DNA from: Clostridiales bacterium
GTDB taxonomy: Bacteria; Bacillota; Clostridia; Christensenellales; CAG-138
Direction of reading: 5' to 3'
Assembly (NCBI GenBank): GCA_019416935.1
Contig: DXWI01000002.1
Location: 103,618 to 167,617 of the forward strand
Length of the DNA: 64,000 bases
Below are positions 1-8,606 of this stretch, in pieces. Each line of letters starts with the position of its first letter. Positions within the stretch are counted from its first letter, which is position 1. The notes beneath the pieces are model-generated. The model was not told the DNA's origin and made no database searches. It saw only the letters and a list, made by a program, of their open reading frames with translations. The position numbers and the translations under genes are program-made.

Positions 1-752
1 GCCAGTTCATCATTCTGCGCATCGACGAGAACGGCGAGCGCATCCCGCTGACCATTGCCGGCAGCGACCGGGAGAAGGGCACGATCACCATCATCTTCCA
101 GAAAGTCGGCTATACGACAAAGCGGCTGGACTTTCTCAATGAGGGGGACAGCATCCTCGATTTCGTCGGCCCGCTCGGCGTCGCCTCGGAGTTTGATGGC
201 ATGAAAAAGGTCGCGGTCATCGGCGGCGGTCTGGGCGTGGCCATCGCCTACCCGCAGGCAAAAGCGCTGCACGATCTCGGCGTAGAGGTGGATGTGATCG
301 TCGGCTTCCGCAACACCGGATTGATGATCCTGATGGACGAGCTCAAAGATGCCTCCACGAACCTGTTCGTCATGACCGACGACGGCTCGAACGGCCACAA
401 GGGCTTCGTGACCAACGCGCTCGAGGAGCAGCTCAAGGCGGGCGTGCAGTACGACCATGTCATCGCCATCGGCCCGCTGATGATGATGAAAAACGTGTGC
501 AGTCTGACCAAGGAATACAACATCCCCACGATCATTTCCATGAACCCGATCATGATCGACGGGACCGGCATGTGCGGCTGCTGCCGCGTTACGGTCGGCG
601 GCGAGATGAAGTTTGCGTGCGTCGACGGGCCCGATTTCGACGGGCATCAGGTCGATTGGGATGAAGCGATCGCCCGCGGCAGAATGTATAAAAAGGAAGA
701 GCAGGAGAGCATGGAACGCCATGTATGCAATCTGACAGGAGGTGTGCGCTGA
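1..752 (+). CDS. NfnA-like FAD/NAD(P)-binding electron-transfer subunit (sulfide/dihydroorotate-dehydrogenase-like); 5' end outside window
   Basis: Frame 3 is open from base 3 (QFIILRIDENGERIPLTIAG...) into ORF 201..752. C-terminal GMCGCCRV...FACVDGPDF is a PyrK-type 2Fe-2S cysteine cluster. The stop at 750-752 overlaps the ATG at 752 of the partner gene. Confidence 0.75.
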   Translation, partial: QFIILRIDENGERIPLTIAGSDREKGTITIIFQKVGYTTKRLDFLNEGDSILDFVGPLGVASEFDGMKKVAVIGGGLGVAIAYPQAKALHDLGVEVDVIVGFRNTGLMILMDELKDASTNLFVMTDDGSNGHKGFVTNALEEQLKAGVQYDHVIAIGPLMMMKNVCSLTKEYNIPTIISMNPIMIDGTGMCGCCRVTVGGEMKFACVDGPDFDGHQVDWDEAIARGRMYKKEEQESMERHVCNLTGGVR

Positions 753-2146
753 TGCCGAACATGAACCCGAAAAAGCTGCCCGCGCGCGAGCAGGCGCCGG
801 ACGTCCGCAATAAGAACTTCGACGAGGTTTCCCAGGGCTACGACGAGGCCATGGCCATGGAGGAGGCTGCGCGCTGCCTGAACTGCAAGCACAAGCCCTG
901 CGTGTCCGGCTGCCCGGTCAACGTGCGCATTCCGGAGTTTGTCCAGCTCGTCGCCGCCGGCAAATTCATGGAGGCGTATGACGTCATCACCTCAACGAAC
1001 GGTCTGCCCGCCATCTGCGGCCGCGTGTGCCCGCAGGAGACGCAGTGCGAATCCAAGTGCGTACGCGGCATCAAGGGTGAGCCGGTCGGCATCGGCCGCC
1101 TGGAGCGCTTTGTCGCCGACTATGCCATGAGCCACGGCGCAAAGAGCGCCGAGCCCGCCGCACCGAACGGGAAGCGCGTTGCCATCGTCGGCAGCGGCCC
1201 GGCCGGCCTGACCTGTGCGGGCGACCTGAAAAAGCTCGGCTATGACGTGACCGTGTTTGAAGCGCTGCATACCCCCGGCGGCGTGCTCGTATACGGCATT
1301 CCGGAGTTTCGTCTCCCGAAGAAGCTCGTGCGCCGCGAGATCAGCACGCTCGAGGCGATGGGCGTCAAGATCGAGACCAACATGGTCATCGGCCGCTGCA
1401 TCTCGCTCGATGAGCTGATGCAGGACGAGGGCTTCGACGCGGTGTTCGTCGGCTCCGGCGCGGGTCTGCCCCGCTTTCAGGGCATTCCGGGTGAAAACCT
1501 CAACGGCGTATATTCCGCCAACGAGTTTCTCACCCGCATCAACCTCATGAAAGCCTATTCCTTCCCCGAGACCGATACGCCCGTTCAGGTCGGCAATTCC
1601 GTCGCGGTCGTCGGCGGCGGCAACGTCGCGATGGACGCGGCGCGCTGCGCAAAGCGGCTCGGTGCGGAGCATGTTTATATCGTGTATCGCCGCAGCGAGG
1701 CGGAAATGCCCGCGCGCGTGGAGGAGGTACACCATGCCAAGGAGGAGGGCATCGTCTTTTTGATGCTCACCAACCCGACGGAGATCCTCGGCGATGAGAG
1801 CGGCCATGTCTCCGGCATGACCTGCGTGGAGATGGAGCTGGGCGAACCGGATGCTTCCGGTCGCCGCCGCCCGGTCGTCAAGCAGGGCAGCGAGCACAAG
1901 CTCGACGTGCAGACGGTCGTGATCGCCATCGGCAACAGCCCGAATCCGCTCATCAAGAACACGACGCCGGGCCTCGACACCCAGAAATGGGGCGGCATCA
2001 TCGCAGATGAGGAGACTGGCAAAACAAGCAAGCCCTTCGTCTATGCGGGCGGCGACGCCGTCACCGGTGCGGCGACCGTTATCCTCGCCATGGGCGCCGG
2101 CAAGAAGGCTGCAGCGGCCATCCATGCGGAGCTCTCGGCCAAATAA
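752..2146 (+). CDS. NfnB / NADPH-dependent glutamate synthase small-chain-like (homotetrameric GltA type) oxidoreductase
   Basis: AGGAGG at 737-742 lies upstream of the ATG at 752. Has an N-terminal 4Fe-4S Cys motif (CLNCKHKPCVSGCP...CGRVCP) and two Rossmann GxGxxG motifs (VGSGPAGL, VVGGGNVAMD). 464 aa. Confidence 0.85.
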   Translation: MPNMNPKKLPAREQAPDVRNKNFDEVSQGYDEAMAMEEAARCLNCKHKPCVSGCPVNVRIPEFVQLVAAGKFMEAYDVITSTNGLPAICGRVCPQETQCESKCVRGIKGEPVGIGRLERFVADYAMSHGAKSAEPAAPNGKRVAIVGSGPAGLTCAGDLKKLGYDVTVFEALHTPGGVLVYGIPEFRLPKKLVRREISTLEAMGVKIETNMVIGRCISLDELMQDEGFDAVFVGSGAGLPRFQGIPGENLNGVYSANEFLTRINLMKAYSFPETDTPVQVGNSVAVVGGGNVAMDAARCAKRLGAEHVYIVYRRSEAEMPARVEEVHHAKEEGIVFLMLTNPTEILGDESGHVSGMTCVEMELGEPDASGRRRPVVKQGSEHKLDVQTVVIAIGNSPNPLIKNTTPGLDTQKWGGIIADEETGKTSKPFVYAGGDAVTGAATVILAMGAGKKAAAAIHAELSAK

Positions 2147-2147
2147 A
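2114..2147. repeat. Copy 1 of a 34-bp direct repeat (native 3' end of the nfnB-like gene including the TAA stop)
   Basis: gcggccatccaTgcggagctctcggccaaataaa. Identical except for one base to 8201-8234. Confidence 0.9.
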
Positions 2148-2159
2148 GCGATACAAAAC

Positions 2160-2190
2160 AAACCGCCCGGGATGCGACCGGGCGGTTTGT
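2160..2190 (+). terminator. Rho-independent terminator after the nfnB-like gene
   Basis: 10-bp GC-rich stem aaccgcccgg/ccgggcggtt, 7-nt loop, followed by ttgtt. Confidence 0.7.
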
Positions 2191-2363
2191 TCATGCCTTC
2201 CGGCATACTTTTCACAAAACTGTACTCGGAGGATTGCAAGCTCGTTTCCATGGATTTGTGAAACCGGAAATCCTGCGGTGCGGCGGCTCATCTGTGCCAC
2301 CGCACCGCTTATTTACTGTTGTGCAGCACCGTGCCGCCGATCGGCTCCGGCTGCTGCGGGGCA

Positions 2364-4685
2364 TCACCGGGTCTGCGCTTTCTTTTCGCGAAGCGCTGCC
2401 AGCACAACGTCCGGCGTGAGCGGCATGCGGAGGAAGCGGCAGCCGATGGCGTTTGCAACGGCGTTGGCGATCGCCGGTGCGCCGGGCACCATGACGATCT
2501 CACCGATACCGCGCGCGCCATAGGGACCGGTGGGTTCCGGCTTCTCCACAGCCTCGACGATCATCTCCGGCATATCGTCAATGGTCGGGATCTTATAGTC
2601 CACAAAGCTCGGATTCATCACGCGGCCTTCCTTGAGCTTCAGCTCCTCAAACAGCGCGGTGCCGAGCGCCTGCACCATGGCGCCCTCGGCCTGACCCTCA
2701 TACATCTGCGGGTTGATGACCTTGCCCGCATCGAACACGGAGACCATCTTGAGCACCTTGATGTTGCCGGTTTCCGTATCGACCTCGACCTCGGCGCCGT
2801 TGACGCCCATGCTCCAGAAGGCGACGGGCTTGGGCGAAAGGCCGGTCTTGACGTCTGCCGCAATATTGTTCGGCACGGTGAACGCGCCCACGCCGATCAT
2901 CGGACCGCCGATGCCGCTCTGATCCGGCAGGGACAGGCCCAGCGCGAAGGTGCTGATCGGCACCTTGACGTCCGGATAGAACTTGCGGCAGACAAAGCCG
3001 TTCTCGAGATACAGATCGTTCTTCCAGGTCCCCATTTTGATCTGGGCAAGCTCCAGGATCTTGTTGCGCAGGTCCTCGGCTGCGAGCTTGGTCGCATTGC
3101 CCGCGCAGTAGGTCGAACGGGAGGCGACCGTCTGCCACTCATAGGGTGTATGGTCGGTATCGCCGGTGCGCACGGTGATCTTATCCGGGCTGACGGTCAG
3201 CGTTTCCGCTGCGATCTGCGCCATGACCGTATCGGAGCCCTGGCCCATGTCGTGGCAGGAGCAGAGCAGCACGAATGTGCCATCCTCGTTCATGCGGATG
3301 ATAACGGAGGATGCGACGTCCGTGGGCATGGACGGGGCTTTCCAGCCGCCCGCGATCCCCTTGCCGCGGAGCTTTGTCGGACTGCCGGAGGGCTCGCAGG
3401 GCTTGTCGTACTCGATGAGCTCCGCAGCGCGCTCCAGACACTCCTGATAGCCCGCGACCTCGATGGTCTGGCCCGTTGCGGACAGGCCGCCCTCGCGGAT
3501 GCCGTTTATGCGGCGGATTTCCAGCGGAGAAATGCCCATTTCGCCGGCGATCATATCGATGTTCTGCTCGATGGCAAAGTGGATCTCGCTCATGCCGAAG
3601 CCGCGGTACGGGCCGCCAACTGGGTGGTTGGTGTAGACGCAGTAACTGTCGGTGGCAATGTTTTCAATGTCGTACGGGCCCACGCAGCCCCAACCGGCGG
3701 CCTTGACGATGTTGACGCCGTACTCGGTGTACGCACCGCCGTCCCAGGCGAGGGTGTTCTTCGAGCCGATGATCTTGCCGTCCTTGCGCAGTGCGGTCTG
3801 GATGCGGATGTGCAGACCCTGCCGCACATAGGCGTACTGGAACTCATCCTCGCGCGTATAGGTCAGCTTGACCGGGCGGCCCGGACAGCGCATGGCCAGC
3901 GGGATCACGATGCCCTCCAGCGTGGTTCCGGCCTTGCAGCCGAAGCCGCCGCCGACCGCCTTGCTGATAACGCGGATCTTGTTGAGCGGAAAATCAAAGG
4001 TCTCCGCCAGCGCGCGGCGCACCGCGAACGGCGACTGGCAGGCGGCCCAGATGGTCAGCTCGCCATCGGGCATATACTGTGCGGTGCAGGCGTGCGGCTC
4101 AATCGGCACATGCTGCACATGCGGGATGTAGAAGCTGTGGTCGAACACGCGGTCAGCCTCGGCAAAGGCCTTCTCCGCATCGCCCTTTCTCAGCACATAG
4201 TGGTGCGAAATGTTCGTGCCCTTCTGCGGATAGAAGATGGGGAGCACCTTGTAGGTGTGCAGATCGGGATGAATGAGCGGCGCATCCGGCTTCATGCCCT
4301 CCAGCGCGTCAAACACCGCGGGCAGCTCCTCGTATTCCACCTCGATGAGGCGGCAGGCCTCTTCCGCAATCTCCGCGCTTTCCGCTGCGACGGCCGCCAC
4401 CGGCTCGCCGCGGAACTTTGCCGTACCCACGGCGAGGAAATTCTTGTCCTCCAGATACAGGCCGCTGCGCTTTTTATAGCAGTCGCCCGTGATCACGCAG
4501 CGAACGCCGTCCAGCGCCTCCGCCTTGCTGGTGTCGATGGAGAGGATCCTTGCATGCGCATACGGGCTGCGCTTGACCTGTGCGTACAGCGGCCGCGAAA
4601 AGCGGATATCGTCCGCGAACTGCGCGGTACCCGTGACCTTTTTGACGGCGTCGAGCCGCTCAACGGATTGACCTACGACCTTCAT
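2364..4685 (-). CDS. Xanthine dehydrogenase / aldehyde oxidoreductase family molybdopterin-binding subunit
   Basis: 773-aa ORF. The N-terminus MKVVGQSVERLDAVKKVTGTAQFADD is typical of the a/b-hammerhead domain. Size and operon context (FAD and 2Fe-2S subunits directly upstream, 4-nt overlap) fit. Confidence 0.85.
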   Translation of the reverse strand: MKVVGQSVERLDAVKKVTGTAQFADDIRFSRPLYAQVKRSPYAHARILSIDTSKAEALDGVRCVITGDCYKKRSGLYLEDKNFLAVGTAKFRGEPVAAVAAESAEIAEEACRLIEVEYEELPAVFDALEGMKPDAPLIHPDLHTYKVLPIFYPQKGTNISHHYVLRKGDAEKAFAEADRVFDHSFYIPHVQHVPIEPHACTAQYMPDGELTIWAACQSPFAVRRALAETFDFPLNKIRVISKAVGGGFGCKAGTTLEGIVIPLAMRCPGRPVKLTYTREDEFQYAYVRQGLHIRIQTALRKDGKIIGSKNTLAWDGGAYTEYGVNIVKAAGWGCVGPYDIENIATDSYCVYTNHPVGGPYRGFGMSEIHFAIEQNIDMIAGEMGISPLEIRRINGIREGGLSATGQTIEVAGYQECLERAAELIEYDKPCEPSGSPTKLRGKGIAGGWKAPSMPTDVASSVIIRMNEDGTFVLLCSCHDMGQGSDTVMAQIAAETLTVSPDKITVRTGDTDHTPYEWQTVASRSTYCAGNATKLAAEDLRNKILELAQIKMGTWKNDLYLENGFVCRKFYPDVKVPISTFALGLSLPDQSGIGGPMIGVGAFTVPNNIAADVKTGLSPKPVAFWSMGVNGAEVEVDTETGNIKVLKMVSVFDAGKVINPQMYEGQAEGAMVQALGTALFEELKLKEGRVMNPSFVDYKIPTIDDMPEMIVEAVEKPEPTGPYGARGIGEIVMVPGAPAIANAVANAIGCRFLRMPLTPDVVLAALREKKAQTR

Positions 4686-5164
4686 TTTTCGTATACCCCC
4701 TTTGCAGCGACTGCCTCAATGGCCTCGACGATCTTCTTGTAGCCCGTGCAGCGGCAGAGGTTGCCGCTCATAGCGCAGGCGATGTCCTCCCGCGAGGGAT
4801 GCGGGTTCTCGCGCAGCAGCGCTTCCGCGCTCATGAGCATGCCCGGCGTGCAGAAGCCGCACTGGAACGCCATGTGCTCGATGAACGCTTCCTGCAGGGG
4901 AGAAAGCTTATCCCCATCGGCGAGTCCCTCCACGGTTTCGATGTGTTTGCCGTTCAGCTCCGGCGCAAGGATCAGGCACGCGTTGACGGCTTTGCCGTCC
5001 ATAATGACCGTGCACGCGCCGCACTCGCCCGCGCCGCAGCCCTCCTTCGTACCGGTCAGCGCGAGATCATTCCGCAGCACGGACAGGAGCGTACGGTTTG
5101 CGGGAACGAGCAATTCGATCGGTTCTCCGTTGACAAAAAACTTTACCCGGTATTCCATCGTCAT
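4682..5164 (-). CDS. (2Fe-2S)-binding small subunit of the xanthine dehydrogenase-family enzyme
   Basis: 160 aa. Plant-type ferredoxin motif CGAGECGACTV and second cluster motif CGFCTPG...CRCTGY. Confidence 0.9.
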   Translation of the reverse strand: MTMEYRVKFFVNGEPIELLVPANRTLLSVLRNDLALTGTKEGCGAGECGACTVIMDGKAVNACLILAPELNGKHIETVEGLADGDKLSPLQEAFIEHMAFQCGFCTPGMLMSAEALLRENPHPSREDIACAMSGNLCRCTGYKKIVEAIEAVAAKGVYEK

Positions 5165-5170
5165 CCCTCC

Positions 5171-6001
5171 TTATGCCAGCTTGCCAAGGGCGTCGCGCAC
5201 GATATAGGAGACCATATCGAGACGGTACTGCCGGTCGGCGCGCACGTCATCGATGGGGCTGACCTCGGTTGCGGCCAGCGCGGCCGCTTCCTGTATGAGC
5301 GCTTCGTCCAGCACCTTTCCGGCGAGCAGCGCCTCCGTCTTGTCAAGGCGCAGCGGCATTGGCGCCACGGAGCCCATGGCGATACGCCAGCCATCCGCCG
5401 TCTTCAGCACGGTGCCGCATACGGTGGACAGGTCGACCTGACTGCGGCGGGAGATCTTGTAGAACTCGCCCTCCGCCTTCCGGACCGGCAGGCGGATGCC
5501 GGTGACCAGCTCGCCGTCCTGCAGATCCACCCTGCGGACAAACTTGATAAAATCGCGGATCGGGACCTCGCGCCGGCCGTCGGGGCCAGCGATCTCCACA
5601 ACCGCGTCGTAGCAGTAGAGCGGCGTTGCGGTATCCGCAAGCGGCGAGGCGTTGACAATGTTGCCGATGCAGGTGGCGCGGTTGCGCACCTGTTTGCTGC
5701 CGACGGAGCCCGCAGCCTTTGCGAGCGTCGGATAGTTGGCCCTGACAGCCTCGTTTGCGGTGATCTCATTCATCGTGACCAGCGCGCCGATATGGAGGCC
5801 GTCCTGTTCGGAGAAGGTGATCCCGTCAAGGCCCGGAACGGCTTTGAGGTCGATCACATAGTCCGGCGTCATCAGATTGTCGCGCATGCGCACGACCACA
5901 TCGGTCGCGCCCGCCATGAACACGGCGGATGCCCCGTGCTCCTTTTTGAACGCGATGGCTTCCTCCAGCGTCTGGGGAAGCAGGTACTGAAAGTCTCTCA
6001 A
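5171..6001 (-). CDS. FAD-binding subunit (CO dehydrogenase flavoprotein-like) of the xanthine dehydrogenase-family enzyme
   Basis: 276 aa. MRDFQYLLPQTLEEAIAFKKEH...AGATDVVVRMRD is the typical FAD_binding_5 N-terminus. First gene of the three-gene minus-strand operon. Confidence 0.85.
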   Translation of the reverse strand: MRDFQYLLPQTLEEAIAFKKEHGASAVFMAGATDVVVRMRDNLMTPDYVIDLKAVPGLDGITFSEQDGLHIGALVTMNEITANEAVRANYPTLAKAAGSVGSKQVRNRATCIGNIVNASPLADTATPLYCYDAVVEIAGPDGRREVPIRDFIKFVRRVDLQDGELVTGIRLPVRKAEGEFYKISRRSQVDLSTVCGTVLKTADGWRIAMGSVAPMPLRLDKTEALLAGKVLDEALIQEAAALAATEVSPIDDVRADRQYRLDMVSYIVRDALGKLA

Positions 6002-6037
6002 GATGGTGCTCCTTTCTGCTTGAAAATGGTGCCCGAT

Positions 6038-6955
6038 TTATGTTGGAAATTCGCGTTTGAGGATTTGTTCTGCGTGGTTCGTCAGCGATGCGGTGATGCG
6101 GCGGTAGGTTTTCAGCAGCGTCTGCGCCTCCTCTGTCAGCTCGCTCCCGCCGCCGGATGTGCCGCCGAGCTTTCGCACCAGCAGCGGTACGCCGAGGGCG
6201 CGCTCCGCGTCGCCCAGCAGCAGCCATGCGCGGCTGTAGGAGATGCCGCCCCCCGCGCAGGCCGAGCGGAGAGAGCCGCTCTCACAAACGGCGGAGAGCA
6301 GCTGGATCAGCCGCTCATCGACGGAGAAGTCCCCGTACTGCAGCGCGACGCCGAGCCGGATACCGTCCGGCCTCGCGGCCCGGTGCTGGGCCTGTACGGC
6401 CTGGAGCGTTTCCTCGGTGTTGACGGCGATGAGCACGCCCTCATCGTCCACCGCCACGCGCGTCACAAGCGCCGCGTTTTCTTCGACAAAGCCGCGCAGG
6501 CCGCGCCTGCCGCAATAGTCCTGCAGCGCCGCAAAGCAGGCCCGCCGCACCAGTACGGGGTGGCCGATGCGCCTGCCGTGCTGCGGCACGGCGATCGGTG
6601 TATCGCAGGCAAGCAGCGCGTGCAGCGTCTCCTTGCTCAGATAGGGAACGGCCGCGGGGGTGATCAGCACGGCGTCAACGTCACCGATGGCGGCAAGGCC
6701 GAGCTTGATCGAGTCGATCATCTCGGTATGCTCATAGTCCTCGTTGCGCACGAGCGTGACCGCGCTGTGCGCCAGATGCCGCTCGAGCATCGCCGCATGG
6801 TAGCCCGTCACCACAATGATGGGCGAGATGCCTGCGCGCCGGAAGGCCTGCACCTGCCGCTGGATCATGGTCGTTCCGCCAACCTTCAGCATGGGCAGAA
6901 AGCGCTCCGTCTGCGCGGGCACGCCCGCTGCCGAGATCAGTGCTGCGCAACGCAT
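6038..6955 (-). CDS. Fusion protein: MobA/MocA-like nucleotidyltransferase domain plus C-terminal ModE-N/LysR-type HTH domain
   Basis: The first ~195 aa align by eye with the neighbouring MocA-like protein, but the glycine-rich NTP loop is degenerate (ISAAGVPAQTERF versus IAAAGLSERMG). The C-terminus GGGISYSRAWLLLGDAERALGVPLLVRKLGGTSGGGSELTEEAQ matches the ModE N-terminal HTH pattern. Confidence 0.6.
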   Translation of the reverse strand: MRCAALISAAGVPAQTERFLPMLKVGGTTMIQRQVQAFRRAGISPIIVVTGYHAAMLERHLAHSAVTLVRNEDYEHTEMIDSIKLGLAAIGDVDAVLITPAAVPYLSKETLHALLACDTPIAVPQHGRRIGHPVLVRRACFAALQDYCGRRGLRGFVEENAALVTRVAVDDEGVLIAVNTEETLQAVQAQHRAARPDGIRLGVALQYGDFSVDERLIQLLSAVCESGSLRSACAGGGISYSRAWLLLGDAERALGVPLLVRKLGGTSGGGSELTEEAQTLLKTYRRITASLTNHAEQILKREFPT

Positions 6956-7566
6956 GCGTCCCTCCTGTGCAGCAGCATCCGCTGGTAGTCGGCGGGCGTA
7001 TCGACGTCGATCTCGCAGCCTTCATCGTCCGTCAGCACATAGGCAATGCGGCCGGCCAGCGAGGCAAAGGCGCCGCGCAGCCCGCCCTCGCCCGCATAAC
7101 CCTCGATGGTTGCAAAGCAGCTCCGGTGCAGAAGGGGAGGATGCAGGCGGCGCATATCGCGGCTCGGAAAAACGAGCGATGCGCCGGTCTGTTCCATGCG
7201 GCGGATCAGGCGGGGCAGCAGCGTATACGGCACCATGGGCATATCCGCAGGCAGCAGGAACACCGCTTCGGCGTCGGAGACGGACGCCAGATCCGCAAGA
7301 CCGATCTGAATGGAGAGCAGCATGTCCGAAGTCGCGTACGCGCAGTTGGGGACAAAGCGCACCGGCAGGTGCGAGAGCGCGCGAACCAGCGCGTCGCCGT
7401 TTTTGCCGACAACCACCCAGACATCCTCGATGCCCGCATCAAAAAAAGTCTGTACCGTATGCTCGATCATTGGTTTGCCGCCGATGGGAAGAAGCGGTTT
7501 GAATGCGCCCATGCGCTCCGACAGGCCGGCGGCGGCGATCAGTCCTGCAGCCTTCATAGATAACAT
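6937..7566 (-). CDS. Molybdenum cofactor cytidylyltransferase (MocA/MobA-like NTP transferase)
   Basis: LIAAAGLSERMGAFKPLLPIGGKPMIEH is the canonical MobA-like N-terminus. Start trimmed to the ATG at 7566 (ATG at 7557 is also possible). Overlaps the downstream fusion gene by 19 nt. Confidence 0.7.
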   Translation of the reverse strand: MLSMKAAGLIAAAGLSERMGAFKPLLPIGGKPMIEHTVQTFFDAGIEDVWVVVGKNGDALVRALSHLPVRFVPNCAYATSDMLLSIQIGLADLASVSDAEAVFLLPADMPMVPYTLLPRLIRRMEQTGASLVFPSRDMRRLHPPLLHRSCFATIEGYAGEGGLRGAFASLAGRIAYVLTDDEGCEIDVDTPADYQRMLLHRRDACVAQH

Positions 7567-7796
7567 CCCTGCCGTTGGAAAAGATATTTTCTCTTTTTCA
7601 GAATGCCAGAGGCGCTTTGAAAAGTCAATAGCGTTATTCTGAATCGGATATAACGCAAAGTGCCCGTTTTTGCCGCGTTTCGTTATCCTCAATCGTAAAC
7701 AATGATGCGCCGGATGCCCGGTTTTGGGGCAATAAAATAGCGCCGCCGTTCACCGGCAGCGCATACAAACCGACCGTTGGCCGCGCAAAAATTTTT

Positions 7797-8141
7797 TCAG
7801 AATTCCGGGATCGCGTCCGGAGGGCAGTTCCAGCTGTTTCGGATTCTGTGATGCTCCAGCCCCGCGTAAAACGAGCTTTCGCGCACCTGCATGGCGCATT
7901 TCGGCCCCGCCTGGAAGGAACCGTCGTCCGCAACGGAACGGAAAGCGAGCAGCAGGCAGGCCTCCCTGTCACCATCCGAGACGCGCACAAATACCATGAC
8001 GCGGCCGTAGGCATCCCGCTCAAGCTCCGCCACCTCCAAAAAGGCCAGCGTCTCCCGCTCCCGCTCAAACAGAGCCGAAGCGAGCTTTTCGGCGGCTTCC
8101 CGTACCGCCGCGGTCGCTTCCGTACCGCCATAGGTCAGCAT
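7797..8141 (-). CDS. Hypothetical protein (114 aa)
   Basis: ORF trimmed to the ATG at 8141, which is preceded by a GGGGGG purine run. High-GC third positions. No recognisable motif. Confidence 0.4.
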   Translation of the reverse strand: MLTYGGTEATAAVREAAEKLASALFERERETLAFLEVAELERDAYGRVMVFVRVSDGDREACLLLAFRSVADDGSFQAGPKCAMQVRESSFYAGLEHHRIRNSWNCPPDAIPEF

Positions 8142-8200
8142 ACAACATCCCCCCGCTTTTTTTTGCAGTATAGCACAGGTGCAGCGGCAATGCAAACCGC

Positions 8201-8234
8201 GCGGCCATCCACGCGGAGCTCTCGGCCAAATAAA
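8201..8234. repeat. Copy 2 of the 34-bp direct repeat (orphan remnant of the nfnB-like 3' end)
   Basis: gcggccatccaCgcggagctctcggccaaataaa. The single difference is a synonymous His codon change (cat to cac). Upstream similarity to nfnB is lost. Confidence 0.9.
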
Positions 8235-8261
8235 ACAACGGTATTTTGAAAAGAGCAGAAA

Positions 8262-8289
8262 CGGGAAGCGGGCAATCGCCCGCTTCCCG
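8262..8289 (-). terminator. Strong GC hairpin, probably a terminator for the minus-strand repeat-locus gene (possibly bidirectional)
   Basis: 11-bp stem cgggaagcggg/cccgcttcccg with a 6-nt loop. The minus-strand 3' flank is tttctgctctttt. Confidence 0.6.
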
Positions 8290-8450
8290 TTCGTTTCAGA
8301 GATCGTCTGCGTCCTGAACCGGTTCGCCGCCATCCACCGGACAGCCGGTATAGCTTCCCTGTACGTCGGACAGGATGTCGTTGTTCCGGTCACGCCGTCC
8401 GGTTTTGGGCAGTTGTGCGGCCGCCCTGGCCGCGCGCTTTCTCTCTCCCA

Positions 8451-8606
8451 TCAGAACTGGTTCTGATTCTGGTTCTGGTTCTGCCGGTTGTTCTGCTGCT
8501 TCTGCTGGTTCTGCTTCTGCTGCTGATTCTGGTTCTGCCGGTTGTTCTGCTGTTTCTGCTGGTTCTGGTTCTGTTGGTACTGGTTGTTCTCCTCGTAAAA
8601 GCTCAC
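8451..8606 (-). CDS. Small Q/N-rich repeat protein (51 aa); reading frame uncertain (alternative is the E/P/A-rich frame 8296..8649)
   Basis: GGAAAGGAG at 8616-8624 lies 9 nt upstream of the GTG at 8606, in the frame giving VSFYEENNQYQQNQNQQKQQNNRQ... The competing frame has no visible RBS, but it has GC-rich third positions through to 8296. Confidence 0.3.
   Translation of the reverse strand: MSFYEENNQYQQNQNQQKQQNNRQNQNQQQKQNQQKQQNNRQNQNQNQNQF
8455..8600. repeat. Imperfect tandem repeat, 54-nt period (about 2.5 units)
   Basis: ggttctgccggttgttctgctg recurs at 8477-8498 and 8531-8552. The surrounding ctggttctg-type units make several frames on both strands open. Confidence 0.8.

Noticed and set aside
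2319-6988. Very long plus-strand ORFs (807 aa at 2319..4742; 729 aa at 4799..6988), plus the 419-aa minus-strand ORF 992..2251
   Set aside because: They run antisense to genes with clear motifs (the XDH-family subunits, the MocA-like genes, nfnB). They are Arg/Ala/Gly/His-rich, as expected for stop-poor antisense frames in GC-rich DNA, and have no RBS or recognisable motifs.
8455-8600. Possible CRISPR-like or other spaced repeat array
   Set aside because: The units are contiguous 54-nt (codon-multiple) tandem repeats without unique spacers, and there are no cas genes. This is a coding or low-complexity minisatellite, not a CRISPR array.
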